The notes: generated by a model from the letters alone, not told the origin. Shown: positions 39,598 through 47,714, numbered from the stretch's first letter. The stretch: 64,000 bases of DNA from an uncultured Verrucomicrobiae bacterium (GCA_937775205.1 CALKBX010000001.1:194631-258630); one strand, 5' to 3'. Numbers and translations: made by a program.

Positions 39598-41568
39598 GTG
39601 TTCGAATTGCACCAACCTTATCCGCCCGCGGGCGACCAGCCGGAGGCGATTGCCCAGTTGTCGGCCGGGCTGGAGGAGGGCTTGGCGCATCAGGTTTTGC
39701 TGGGGGTGACGGGGAGCGGCAAGACGTTTACGGTGGCCAATGTCATCGATAAAATCGACCGGCCCACGCTGGTAATTTCCCACAACAAAACTTTAGCAGC
39801 GCAGTTGTACGCGGAGTTTAAAACATTTTTCCCGAAGAACGCGGTGGAATATTTCGTGAGCTACTTCGATTATTATCAGCCGGAGGCGTACATTCCGCGC
39901 ACGGATACGTTCATCGAAAAGGACTCGTCGGTGAATGAGGAAATCGAGCGGATGCGGCTTTCCACGATGGGCTCGCTGATGAGTCGGCGCGATGTGGTGG
40001 TGGTGGCCAGCGTGTCGTGCATCTACGGCATCAGCAGCCGCGAGGATTACGAGGCGTTGATGGTGCCGCTGGTGACGGGCCAACAAATCACGCGCGAACA
40101 ATTGCTGTCGCGGCTGGTGGAAATTCAATACGCGCGGAACGATGTGGCGTTCGAGCGCGGGCAATTCCGCGTGCGCGGCGATACGGTGGACATTCGCCCC
40201 GCCAACACCGAGGACGCCATTCGCGTGGAATTTTTCGGCGAAGAGATCGAGCGCATTCAACGTTATGAACCGTTGACTGGCAACACCATCGAGACGCTGC
40301 CGGCCACCACGATTTTTCCCGGCAAACAATTCGTCACCCAAGGCGACAAAATTATGGCGGCGATGAAAACCATTCGTGTGGAACTCCGCGAGCGGATTCA
40401 GCAATTTGAAAAGGAAAACAAACTGCTCGAGGCGCAACGCATCAAAATGCGCACGGAATACGATTTGGAAATGATGGAGGAGTTGGGCTACTGCAGCGGT
40501 ATCGAAAATTACAGCCGCCACATCAGCGCCCGCCCGCCGGGATCAAAACCAAACACGTTGATGGATTTTTTCCCGAAAGATTTTCTGTTGGTCATCGACG
40601 AAAGCCACGCAACGCTGCCGCAAATTCGCGGAATGTACGCCGGCGATCGCTCGCGCAAAACGGTGCTGGTTGAACATGGTTTTCGCCTTCCGAGTGCGTT
40701 GGATAATCGCCCACTCAATTTTGAGGAATTCCAAACGCACCAACACCAAACCGTTTACGTCAGCGCCACGCCGGCCCCGTTAGAAATGGATTGGGCCAAG
40801 CCGAACGTGGCCGAGCAAATTGTGCGCCCGACCGGCCTCATCGACCCCACGATTACCGTGCGCCCGCTCAAGGGGCAAATCGACAATCTCATCGAGGAAT
40901 GCCGCCAATGCTCCGATGCGGGCGAACGCGTGCTCGTCACCACCCTCACCAAACGCACGGCGGAGGAGCTCACCGATTACCTCCGCGACATCGGCGTGAG
41001 TGTGCGTTATCTGCACAGCGACATCGATGCGCTCGAGCGCGTGGAGATTCTGCGCGCACTGCGAAAGGGCGATTTCGACATACTCGTCGGCATCAACCTC
41101 CTACGCGAAGGCCTCGACCTTCCGGAAGTTGCGCTTGTCGCCATTCTTGATGCCGACAAAGAAGGCTTCCTCCGCAGCGCCACCGCGCTCATCCAAACCG
41201 CCGGCCGCGCCGCACGCCACTTGAATGGACGCGTGCTTTTGTACGCCGATGTGATGACCAAGAGCATCCAGAAATTTATGACCACCTCCGGCTATCGCCG
41301 CGAAAAACAAATCGAGCACAATAAACAAAACAACATCACCCCGCGCAGCGTCACCCGAGCCGTGGAAGAAAGCCTCGGCAACCGCCAAGATGCCACCGAC
41401 AAAGCGACAATGCTCCTCCGCGAAAGCAGCGAAAATTTCGACGTCACCGAAATGATCCGCCAACTGGAAAAAGAAATGCTCGAAGCGGCGGAGAAATTGG
41501 AATTCGAAAAAGCCGCGCTACTGCGCGACCAAGTAAATCAACTAAAACGGGAAGTTGCAGGAAACTAG
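39598..41568 (+). CDS. uvrB: Excinuclease ABC subunit UvrB
   Basis: 656 aa with a GTG start. AGDQPEAIAQL...LLGVTGSGKTFT, helicase motifs and the C-terminal UVR domain LEFEKAALLRDQVNQLK are present. Confidence 0.95.
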   Translation: MFELHQPYPPAGDQPEAIAQLSAGLEEGLAHQVLLGVTGSGKTFTVANVIDKIDRPTLVISHNKTLAAQLYAEFKTFFPKNAVEYFVSYFDYYQPEAYIPRTDTFIEKDSSVNEEIERMRLSTMGSLMSRRDVVVVASVSCIYGISSREDYEALMVPLVTGQQITREQLLSRLVEIQYARNDVAFERGQFRVRGDTVDIRPANTEDAIRVEFFGEEIERIQRYEPLTGNTIETLPATTIFPGKQFVTQGDKIMAAMKTIRVELRERIQQFEKENKLLEAQRIKMRTEYDLEMMEELGYCSGIENYSRHISARPPGSKPNTLMDFFPKDFLLVIDESHATLPQIRGMYAGDRSRKTVLVEHGFRLPSALDNRPLNFEEFQTHQHQTVYVSATPAPLEMDWAKPNVAEQIVRPTGLIDPTITVRPLKGQIDNLIEECRQCSDAGERVLVTTLTKRTAEELTDYLRDIGVSVRYLHSDIDALERVEILRALRKGDFDILVGINLLREGLDLPEVALVAILDADKEGFLRSATALIQTAGRAARHLNGRVLLYADVMTKSIQKFMTTSGYRREKQIEHNKQNNITPRSVTRAVEESLGNRQDATDKATMLLRESSENFDVTEMIRQLEKEMLEAAEKLEFEKAALLRDQVNQLKREVAGN

Positions 41569-42125
41569 TTCCACGACAAGTCATCCGGCGCGTCTGACAT
41601 CAGCCGATTCACGCCGCCCATTTCGCGCATGATGGTGCGCCAGAGTTTTTCAGGGGATTGCTCGAACACGTGTTCGATGGTGGCCGTGTGCGTCACCCAC
41701 GCCTTGCGTTTCATTTCGTCCTCCAACTGACCGGAGCCCCAACCGGAGTAACCCGTGAAGACGCGCACTTTTTGGCTACTGGAAAATGAATTGCCGAGTT
41801 CGACCAAATCTTCCAGCGAATGATCGAGGTTGAGATTCGGAAAGACATTCGCATCCGGCAGGTAATCGTCGGTGTGTAAATAGCTCAGCGCCGCCGGCTG
41901 CACGGGCCCTCCGACCCACAAATCCTGTTCGCCGATGCGTTCGGGCAAATCTTCAGTGATCGCCTCGCCCACCGTGCGTTCGGCGCCGCGATTGAGCACA
42001 AGCCCGAATGCGCCATCGCTGCTGTGCTGGCAGATGAGCACCACCGTGCGATTAAAAAACGACCCACTCAAGCTGCCGCCATCCAGCAGCAGCTTGCCCT
42101 GCAATGTTTGAAATTCGTCGTGCAC
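41565..42125 (-). CDS. YqgE/AlgH family protein (UPF0301)
   Basis: LQGKLLLDGGSLSGSFFNRTVVLICQHSSDGAFGLVLNRG is the family N-terminal signature. ORF 41565..42314 is trimmed to GTG 42125 because the upstream part is G/R-rich, non-conserved and collides with a plus-strand lipoprotein ORF. The exact start is uncertain. Confidence 0.75.
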   Translation of the reverse strand: MHDEFQTLQGKLLLDGGSLSGSFFNRTVVLICQHSSDGAFGLVLNRGAERTVGEAITEDLPERIGEQDLWVGGPVQPAALSYLHTDDYLPDANVFPNLNLDHSLEDLVELGNSFSSSQKVRVFTGYSGWGSGQLEDEMKRKAWVTHTATIEHVFEQSPEKLWRTIMREMGGVNRLMSDAPDDLSWN

Positions 42126-42182
42126 GCTGGAGAAAGTTTGCAACAAGCTTGCGCGCGCGGCAATCCTGTTTATACTTCGCCT

Positions 42183-42299
42183 ATGAAAGCCGCCTTGATT
42201 ATTGCCGCCGCCGCCCTGTTTCTCGCCGCCGGCTGCACCACCACCGACACCGGCCATCGAGAGTATCTGCCCGGCAAGGGGTGGGTGGATGTTAAGTAA
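42183..42299 (+). CDS. 38-aa putative lipoprotein (micro-ORF)
   Basis: ATG at 42183 gives MKAALIIAAAALFLAAGCTTTDTGHREYLPGKGWVDVK, a textbook signal peptide plus lipobox (LAAGC). It lies within ORF-track entry 42024..42299. No strong Shine-Dalgarno sequence is present. Confidence 0.4.
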   Translation: MKAALIIAAAALFLAAGCTTTDTGHREYLPGKGWVDVK

Positions 42300-42342
42300 A
42301 TGACCAAGGCCCAATGACTAGGCCCAAAGGGAAAGCATTGGG

Positions 42343-44403
42343 TTATTGGGAATTCACCAACTCCCTCGCCGCTTCAATCACGCCCTCCACACTGAGGCCG
42401 TTCTTTTCGTAAAGCTGATCCGCCTTGTACGCGGATTGTCCGAACTCTCCATCGATGCCGAGTGTCTTGACGCGATGCGCGATGCCGGCGCGGCTTAGCG
42501 CGTGGCTGAGTTGCGCGCCCATTCCACCGATGGATTGATGATCATCGATGGTCACCAGATTTCCCTCCGCCGCTTGCACGGCCGCGCCGATGGTTTCGAC
42601 GTCCACTTGATTGATAAACGGATTGTTGATGACCGTCGCCTTCACGCCTTCGGCGGAAAGTTGTTTGCCCGCTTCGATGACGCGATTGAGCAGCACACCG
42701 CTGCCCACCAGCACCACGTCGCCGCCTTCCTGCAACACTTGAGCTTTGCCCCATTCGTAAACGGGATTCTCCACCCAACTAAGCGGATAATTTTCGCGGC
42801 CCACAAAGAAAATATAAGTCTCGCCATCCTTGCCCGCCGCGCGGTCGCCCTCGAATCGTTTGATGGCTTGATACATAAGCTCCTCCGCTTCATCGGAACA
42901 CGACGGCGCTATCACCACCGTGTGCGGAATGGCGCTCACCGCCGCGAGATACGTCGTCGCCTGATGGCTCGCGCCATCGGCCGCATCCTGAAAACCCACG
43001 TGACTGAACATCGCAATCACCGGCCCTTGGCTAAGCGCGGCCATCGTCAGCGGCAAGTTGCCTTTGGTAACGCCGAATTGGCCGAAGGTATCCACGATGG
43101 GAATGAAACCCACTTTACTCATGCCCGCGCCGGTGCTGATCATATTTGCCTCGGCAATGCCCACCTCAATGAATCGACCGGGAAACGATTTCTGATACGC
43201 GCTAATGCCCGTGGAGCCTTGCACGTCAGACGAAATTGAAAACACCGGCGCACCTTCCTGCGCCGCGCGAATGGCGCCCTTGGCGAGGCCGGCTTGCACT
43301 TTGCTTTTCTTGACCGTCGGCGAATCGCTGGCGGCTTTCGCTTCTTCGGCCGCTTGCCAGTCGGCGCGAAGTTCATTGGCCCATTCAGAAAACTCCGTGG
43401 GCACTTCCGCTTCGCCAAAAATTTCGGACATCCAATCGACGATATGCTCGCCATTCTTCAACGGAAAACCGTGCCCGCCCGCGGAATTTTCCTCGGTGCT
43501 GGCGATGCCCTTGCCTTTGATCGTCTTCACCCACAAACAAACCGGCTGCGACGGATTAGCCTTGGCCTCCGCGATGCCATCCTCCAATGCACCGTAAACC
43601 GCCTGCAAATCGTGACCATCGGTAACATCAATAACCTTCCAGCCGAGATGTGACAGCGCAGCAAAGCTCGGTTGCATCGAGAAACTGTCATCCGTGATAC
43701 GGCCGGAAAGTTTTGTGTCGTTGTCAGAAAGAATGAGCACGAACGGATTCACGCGCCCTTTCGCCGCAAGGCCCGGAATGGCCGCAACCGATTCTTTGGC
43801 TTCGCCCTCCATCATCGCGCCATCGGAAATGGTGCAGAGCGTCACGCGCTTGTTGCCCGCCATTTTGTCGCCGATGGCCAAGCCTTGCGCCTGCGGCAGT
43901 CCGGAGCCGAGCGGGCCGTTGCTGATGAGAATGCCTTCCGGATTGATATGACTTTCGCCGTGACCCGTGAGTTTGCTCTCGATGCCGCGAAAGCCGCGCA
44001 GCGTCTCGTAGGTCATTCCGTCAAAGGCATAATTCGCACGTAGCGCGTACACGCCATTTTCCGTGTGACCCGCATCATTCACAAAATGAAACGCCTCGTG
44101 CCATTGGCGTCCTTTCGTAGCAAACATCAACGCGTGCGCCGCCGCCATAATTTCCGCGAATGCCGCCGGCCCGCCCCAGTGACACGCCGCGCCACCGACA
44201 ACCGCGTGCACATTCATCAATGCCACCGCCGCCCGCGTGGCATTGGGATCGGCTACGGCCACCTCGGCATCCGCGCGATCTTGCACCGTCACGGAATACT
44301 TCGGCGGCTCCGATGGCGTATCCGCCAAGCGGACCGGGATGGAAATTGGAGTCAACGCCGGCGCTTCGATCGGCTTCACATTTGCGGAATCATCTGCTCC
44401 CAT
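42343..44403 (-). CDS. tkt: Transketolase family protein
   Basis: 686 aa. The TPP-binding N-terminal half contains GHGESHINPEGILISNGPLGSGLPQAQGLAIGDK and SDGAMMEGEA. The pyrimidine-binding half contains EVGIAEANM, and a C-terminal domain follows. A roughly 60-aa non-conserved N-terminal extension is present. Confidence 0.85.
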   Translation of the reverse strand: MGADDSANVKPIEAPALTPISIPVRLADTPSEPPKYSVTVQDRADAEVAVADPNATRAAVALMNVHAVVGGAACHWGGPAAFAEIMAAAHALMFATKGRQWHEAFHFVNDAGHTENGVYALRANYAFDGMTYETLRGFRGIESKLTGHGESHINPEGILISNGPLGSGLPQAQGLAIGDKMAGNKRVTLCTISDGAMMEGEAKESVAAIPGLAAKGRVNPFVLILSDNDTKLSGRITDDSFSMQPSFAALSHLGWKVIDVTDGHDLQAVYGALEDGIAEAKANPSQPVCLWVKTIKGKGIASTEENSAGGHGFPLKNGEHIVDWMSEIFGEAEVPTEFSEWANELRADWQAAEEAKAASDSPTVKKSKVQAGLAKGAIRAAQEGAPVFSISSDVQGSTGISAYQKSFPGRFIEVGIAEANMISTGAGMSKVGFIPIVDTFGQFGVTKGNLPLTMAALSQGPVIAMFSHVGFQDAADGASHQATTYLAAVSAIPHTVVIAPSCSDEAEELMYQAIKRFEGDRAAGKDGETYIFFVGRENYPLSWVENPVYEWGKAQVLQEGGDVVLVGSGVLLNRVIEAGKQLSAEGVKATVINNPFINQVDVETIGAAVQAAEGNLVTIDDHQSIGGMGAQLSHALSRAGIAHRVKTLGIDGEFGQSAYKADQLYEKNGLSVEGVIEAARELVNSQ

Positions 44404-44443
44404 AAAATAAATTTGTCTGTGTGTTCAGTGTGTTGAAGAAATT

Positions 44444-44494
44444 TGGTGCGCACGGCAGGACTTAAACCTGCAACCTTTAGTTCCGGAAACTAAT
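44444..44494 (-). pseudogene. Orphan 3' half of a tRNA-Arg(CCG) (anticodon arm through CCA); no 5' half
   Basis: The reverse complement is A TTAGT TTCCGGA ACTAA AGGTT GCAGG TTTAAGT CCTGC CGTGCGC ACCA. It has perfect anticodon and T stems. The upstream sequence (GAGATGACCAAAAGGCTGCCC) cannot form a D arm or the 5' acceptor strand. Confidence 0.8.
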
Positions 44495-44594
44495 GGGCAG
44501 CCTTTTGGTCATCTCGTCGTTTCGTGTCGTGTTTATGCGGTCAAACTCGTAAATCGCGGGGCGAAAGTATCATCGCCGGATGGGCTTTGTCGAG

Positions 44595-44786
44595 TCAGCA
44601 TTGTTCAGGAGATAGCCGCTGGGGGTCACAGTTGATCCCGCTCCGATCAGGATTTTGTCCCCTTCTTATCCGCGCGTTTTTCTCGCGCACGGCGGCGCGT
44701 CGCTTCATCTCTTTTGATCGCTGGGCGGGCGTCATATTCGCCCAAGCGGCGCGGCCCGACTGACGATTGATTGCGCGTTTCCACAT
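44595..44786 (-). CDS. Possible small basic protein (63 aa), hypothetical
   Basis: ATG at 44786 gives MWKRAINRQSGRAAWANMTPAQRSKEMKRRAAVREKNARIRRG.... The A-x-x-MTP-x-QRS...RRAA motif resembles small basic proteins that I associate with phage or island regions. The support is weak. Confidence 0.25.
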   Translation of the reverse strand: MWKRAINRQSGRAAWANMTPAQRSKEMKRRAAVREKNARIRRGQNPDRSGINCDPQRLSPEQC

Positions 44787-44790
44787 TGCC

Positions 44791-44835
44791 CCCCCAACAG
44801 CATTTACACCAGAGCCCTGAGGCATAGGGTGGCGG
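44791..44835 (+). repeat. Repeat copy 1 (CCCCCAACAGCATTTACACCAGAGCC + CTGAGGCATAGGGTGGCGG)
   Basis: The 26-nt core is identical to copy 2 and the tail is near-identical. It ends 5 nt from the stop codon of the HEAT-repeat gene. Confidence 0.85.
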
Positions 44836-44839
44836 CAGG

Positions 44840-45655
44840 TCAGTCAGTCTTGGCGGCCTCACGGATGTATGCTTCAGCAGGATCTTTGCGGGTATCGCGC
44901 AGATGTTGGTAGATGCGGGAGGCTTCCTCCTTACGGCCAAGGGCCAGCAGATTTTCGGCAAGTTGCAGGCAGGCACCGGTTTGTTTTATTCGCTCAAAAC
45001 CCTTTGAAGTATCGGCGGCCTTCAGCAAGGTGGCAACGGCACCTGTATCAGCCATGTCGGCAAGAGCCCTGGCAGCGACTTGGCGCAGTGTGGAATCGCC
45101 AGACGTGACGAATCCGCGAATGCGCTCGGCGGCATTATTGATCTTTAGCACACCAAGAGCCTGCACGGTGGTGAGCTGTTGTTTGCCTTTGGCTTTGGGC
45201 AGAGCTTTCAGGAACTGATCAGCAGTGCCGCCGATGGCGAGCAGTGCTTGAGCGGCATCTTCCCACAATTCGTCGTCCAGCAGCCATCCGCCTAACGCAG
45301 TGGTAACTTCCGCACCGCCAGCAACTTGAAGCTGGCGGATGACAAAGCCCTTCGCCGACTTGGGATGATCCTCTTTCAGCGTGCCGGCCAACGCCTTGGT
45401 GAAAGCCTGCCGATCCTTTTCCGGCCAACCACCGGCGCGCATGGCCTGCCCGTGCAAGGCGTGGCGGACATGCACATCGCCGCCTTCGGCATCCGGCTTT
45501 AGCAAGGCCACCAAACCGGTGACACCCTTCGCACCCATAGCGCGTAGGCCGTCGAGTGCGGCGGTCATTTCCTGGAGGTTCGGGTTGGACTGCCGCTTCA
45601 AATCCTTGGGGTCACGGAACTGCGCGGCGAACTGAGTAACTTTTTCGTTTGGCAT
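44840..45655 (-). CDS. HEAT/armadillo-like helical repeat protein
   Basis: ORF 44840..45760 trimmed to ATG 45655 (MPNEKVTQFAAQF...), which is preceded by AAGGAG. Leucine/alanine-rich helical repeats are present (ALGVLK..AAERIRGFV, VAARALADMADTGAVATLLKA). Confidence 0.65.
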   Translation of the reverse strand: MPNEKVTQFAAQFRDPKDLKRQSNPNLQEMTAALDGLRAMGAKGVTGLVALLKPDAEGGDVHVRHALHGQAMRAGGWPEKDRQAFTKALAGTLKEDHPKSAKGFVIRQLQVAGGAEVTTALGGWLLDDELWEDAAQALLAIGGTADQFLKALPKAKGKQQLTTVQALGVLKINNAAERIRGFVTSGDSTLRQVAARALADMADTGAVATLLKAADTSKGFERIKQTGACLQLAENLLALGRKEEASRIYQHLRDTRKDPAEAYIREAAKTD

Positions 45656-45674
45656 AATGAAAATCTCCTTGGGG

Positions 45675-46919
45675 TTATGCGTGCCACGGCGCGCGCGTGG
45701 GCGGGTTGACAAAGCGGTTGGCTTCCGGGTCGTCGATGATCTCCTCTTTAACGGGATCATACTTGATCTTCCGACGCACGCGAATAGCGATATTAGCTAG
45801 GTGTAGCATAGTAGAGCAGCGATGCGCCGCCTCGGCGTGGCCACCGGCCTGCCCACGCGTCTTCACCGCCTCGGCAAAGGACAACAGCTTCGCAGGATCG
45901 GGCATTGCCTCGACTTTCTTGCGATTTTCCGGTGACAGGTCATTCAGGCTCACGCCGCGCTCTTTCTTACGTGTATACCGATCGCCCCATTCGCGGCTGT
46001 CCATCGCGAAAGTCAGCCCGTCGGCATACTTCAACTCCACCCAGCCCCACATGCCCGTGCACTCCGGGTGCGGCGGCGGCGCATGCGCCTCGATCTCCAC
46101 CGGGCTTGTGGCGTCCTTACCGAAGGTCCACTGCACTGGATCGAAATGATGCTGGGCCATATCGGATAGGCCGCCGCCCTCATAATCCCAGTAACCGCGA
46201 TGCGTACCACCGGTGCGCGGACGCACGTAGGGCTTGAACGGTGAGGGACCACAGTAGAAATCCCAGTCAAGACTCTCTGGCGCAGACTGTGGCAGTAGCC
46301 CCGGATCACCACTCCACTGTTTCACCTTGAGGCCGCCAGACTTAATGTGCACCCCCTCGCACGGGTTGAGCAGCCCACTACGCATGATCTTGTGCGTGAT
46401 GATGTTCTCCCGGTTGCCGCTCGCGCCAAACCGCCCGAAGGTGCCGATCTGGAACACACGATTGTATCGTTTAAAGGCGTTCACCACCGCGCGTCCCTCG
46501 GCGATGAAACGCGTCATTGGCTTCTCACACAGCACATCCTTGCCCGCCTCTGCCGCCGCAATGGAAATGAGCGCGTGCCAATGCGGTGGCGTGGCGATGG
46601 CGATGAGATCGATGTCCTTGCGCTCCAACACCCGCCGGAAATCCGTGTACACCTTCTTGTTGTCCGCCCGGCCCACGAACTTCACATCGCACAAGGCGAG
46701 TTGCTTGACGTTAAGCCCGCGGCACATACTGTTATACGTCCCCGGCCCGCGTCCGCCCACGCCGATGAGCGCCCCGCCAAAAGTTTCGCTCGGCGGTGTT
46801 TGCCCGGCCCCGCCCACCACATGCCGTGGCACAATCTGGCAGGTCGCCGCCGCGGCAACGGTGGCGGATGAAGTCTTGAGAAAACGACGACGGGAAACAG
46901 AGGAATCCTTGAGGGTCAT
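45675..46919 (-). CDS. TAT-signal Gfo/Idh/MocA family oxidoreductase
   Basis: ORF trimmed to ATG 46919 (MTLKDSSVSRRRFLKTSSATVAAAA, a TAT signal). The Rossmann region is GALIGVGGRG and the EKP motif is DVLCEKPM. Confidence 0.85.
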   Translation of the reverse strand: MTLKDSSVSRRRFLKTSSATVAAAATCQIVPRHVVGGAGQTPPSETFGGALIGVGGRGPGTYNSMCRGLNVKQLALCDVKFVGRADNKKVYTDFRRVLERKDIDLIAIATPPHWHALISIAAAEAGKDVLCEKPMTRFIAEGRAVVNAFKRYNRVFQIGTFGRFGASGNRENIITHKIMRSGLLNPCEGVHIKSGGLKVKQWSGDPGLLPQSAPESLDWDFYCGPSPFKPYVRPRTGGTHRGYWDYEGGGLSDMAQHHFDPVQWTFGKDATSPVEIEAHAPPPHPECTGMWGWVELKYADGLTFAMDSREWGDRYTRKKERGVSLNDLSPENRKKVEAMPDPAKLLSFAEAVKTRGQAGGHAEAAHRCSTMLHLANIAIRVRRKIKYDPVKEEIIDDPEANRFVNPPTRAPWHA

Positions 46920-47002
46920 GCCCGAATTGTGGGATTTTGCCAATAATTTGCAACTGAAATCAACCTGTAAAGAAAAGTTCCCACCGGCCTCTTGATTAAC
47001 CT

Positions 47003-47048
47003 CCCCCAACAGCATTTACACCAGAGCCGGTGAGGCGTAGGGTGGCGG
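47003..47048 (+). repeat. Repeat copy 2; also a candidate sigma70-type promoter for the DUF4346 gene
   Basis: The sequence is CCCCCAACAGCATTTACACCAGAGCC GGTGAGGCGTAGGGTGGCGG. It contains TTTACA (47015-47020), a 17-nt spacer and TAGGGT (47038-43). It lies about 55 nt upstream of the ATG at 47103. Confidence 0.8.
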
Positions 47049-47102
47049 GCATGAAGCAGTTCCTGTATGCATTGTGTTTGTTAGGAGGTCACCCAGTTCA
47101 CC

Positions 47103-47504
47103 ATGCCCAAGCCTAGCACCATTAAAGGCCATTACTGGGACATTCAAGTGCCGGCCAATATGCCTGTAATTGAGGCTTGTTATGATCGTGAAAAGGATTG
47201 GCAATTGGATCCGCGGGGTTATTTCCTAATCAAGATCGACCGCGAAAAAGATCTGGTCAGAGTAGCCTTTTGCACCTTTCCCGACAATGTGATGCAGGCG
47301 GAGATCACTGGCATTAGTGCCTTGGATATTGTCAACACGTTGATTGTGAAGGACATGGTTTCAACCCTTCAACACGCGGCAGACTTGGGAGTGGAACTGC
47401 ACAAAGCCGAACTGGCCCTGAAGCACGGATTCGAGTATGTGCAGGATCAAGACCTTACGGTGTACCCCGAGGATGGAACCACCCATAGCTACAGGAAAGA
47501 CTAA
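47103..47504 (+). CDS. DUF4346-like small protein
   Basis: 133 aa. LDPRGYFLIKIDREKDLVRVAF and LQHAADLGVELHKAELALKHGFEYVQDQDL resemble the DUF4346 domain (found after pterin-binding domains in cyanobacteria) as I recall it. Confidence 0.6.
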   Translation: MPKPSTIKGHYWDIQVPANMPVIEACYDREKDWQLDPRGYFLIKIDREKDLVRVAFCTFPDNVMQAEITGISALDIVNTLIVKDMVSTLQHAADLGVELHKAELALKHGFEYVQDQDLTVYPEDGTTHSYRKD

Positions 47505-47535
47505 CCCTCCACACCTTCCACCCCTCCTCCGCCCT

Positions 47536-47567
47536 CCCCCGTCAGCATTTACACCAGAGCCAGTGAG
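47536..47567 (+). repeat. Repeat copy 3 (partial: CCCCCGTCAGCATTTACACCAGAGCC AGTGAG)
   Basis: The core has 2 substitutions (AA to GT) relative to copies 1 and 2, and the tail diverges after GTGAG. It is preceded by a 36-nt C/T-rich tract and lies 70 nt from the 3' end of tRNA-Arg. Confidence 0.8.
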
Positions 47568-47637
47568 TGCCTCGACGGAAATGCGCAAGGATTAATTGCG
47601 ACAGAAGTATTTACCTATTCAGAATAACCCAAGAAAA

Positions 47638-47714
47638 TGGTACGCGCGGAGGGACTTGAACCCCCAACCTTCAGTTCCGGAAACTACTGCTCTATCCAAT
47701 TGAGCTACGCACGC
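47638..47714 (-). tRNA. tRNA-Arg (anticodon CCG)
   Basis: The reverse complement is GCGTGCG TA GCTC AATTGGATA GAGC A GTAGT TTCCGGA ACTGA AGGTT GGGGG TTCAAGT CCCTC CGCGCGT A CCA (77 nt, CCA encoded). The acceptor stem has two G-U pairs and the anticodon stem has a G-A mismatch at 27:43. Confidence 0.9.

Larger units (their letters stand above)
44444..47714 (-). mobile_element. Putative decayed tRNA-Arg-integrated islet (no integrase retained)
   Basis: The segment is bounded by the intact tRNA-Arg(CCG) (47638-47714) and a same-orientation copy of its 3' half (44444-44494), which is the geometry left by 3'-end tRNA integration. The interior holds 3 cargo-like genes, 1 small basic ORF and 3 copies of a short repeat. 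Confidence 0.35.

Noticed and set aside
47051-47116. 21-codon upstream ORF MKQFLYALCLLGGHPVHHAQA overlapping the DUF4346 start.
   Set aside because: It has no ribosome-binding site of its own, lies inside the repeat/promoter-like region, and has no supporting feature beyond hydrophobicity.
44791-47567. Idea that the three repeats are integron attC sites or gene-cassette boundaries (CCCCAAC resembles an inverse core, GTTGGGG a core site).
   Set aside because: There is no paired core and inverse-core with an internal imperfect palindrome in any copy. The enclosed genes are in mixed orientation. No IntI-type integrase or attI is present.
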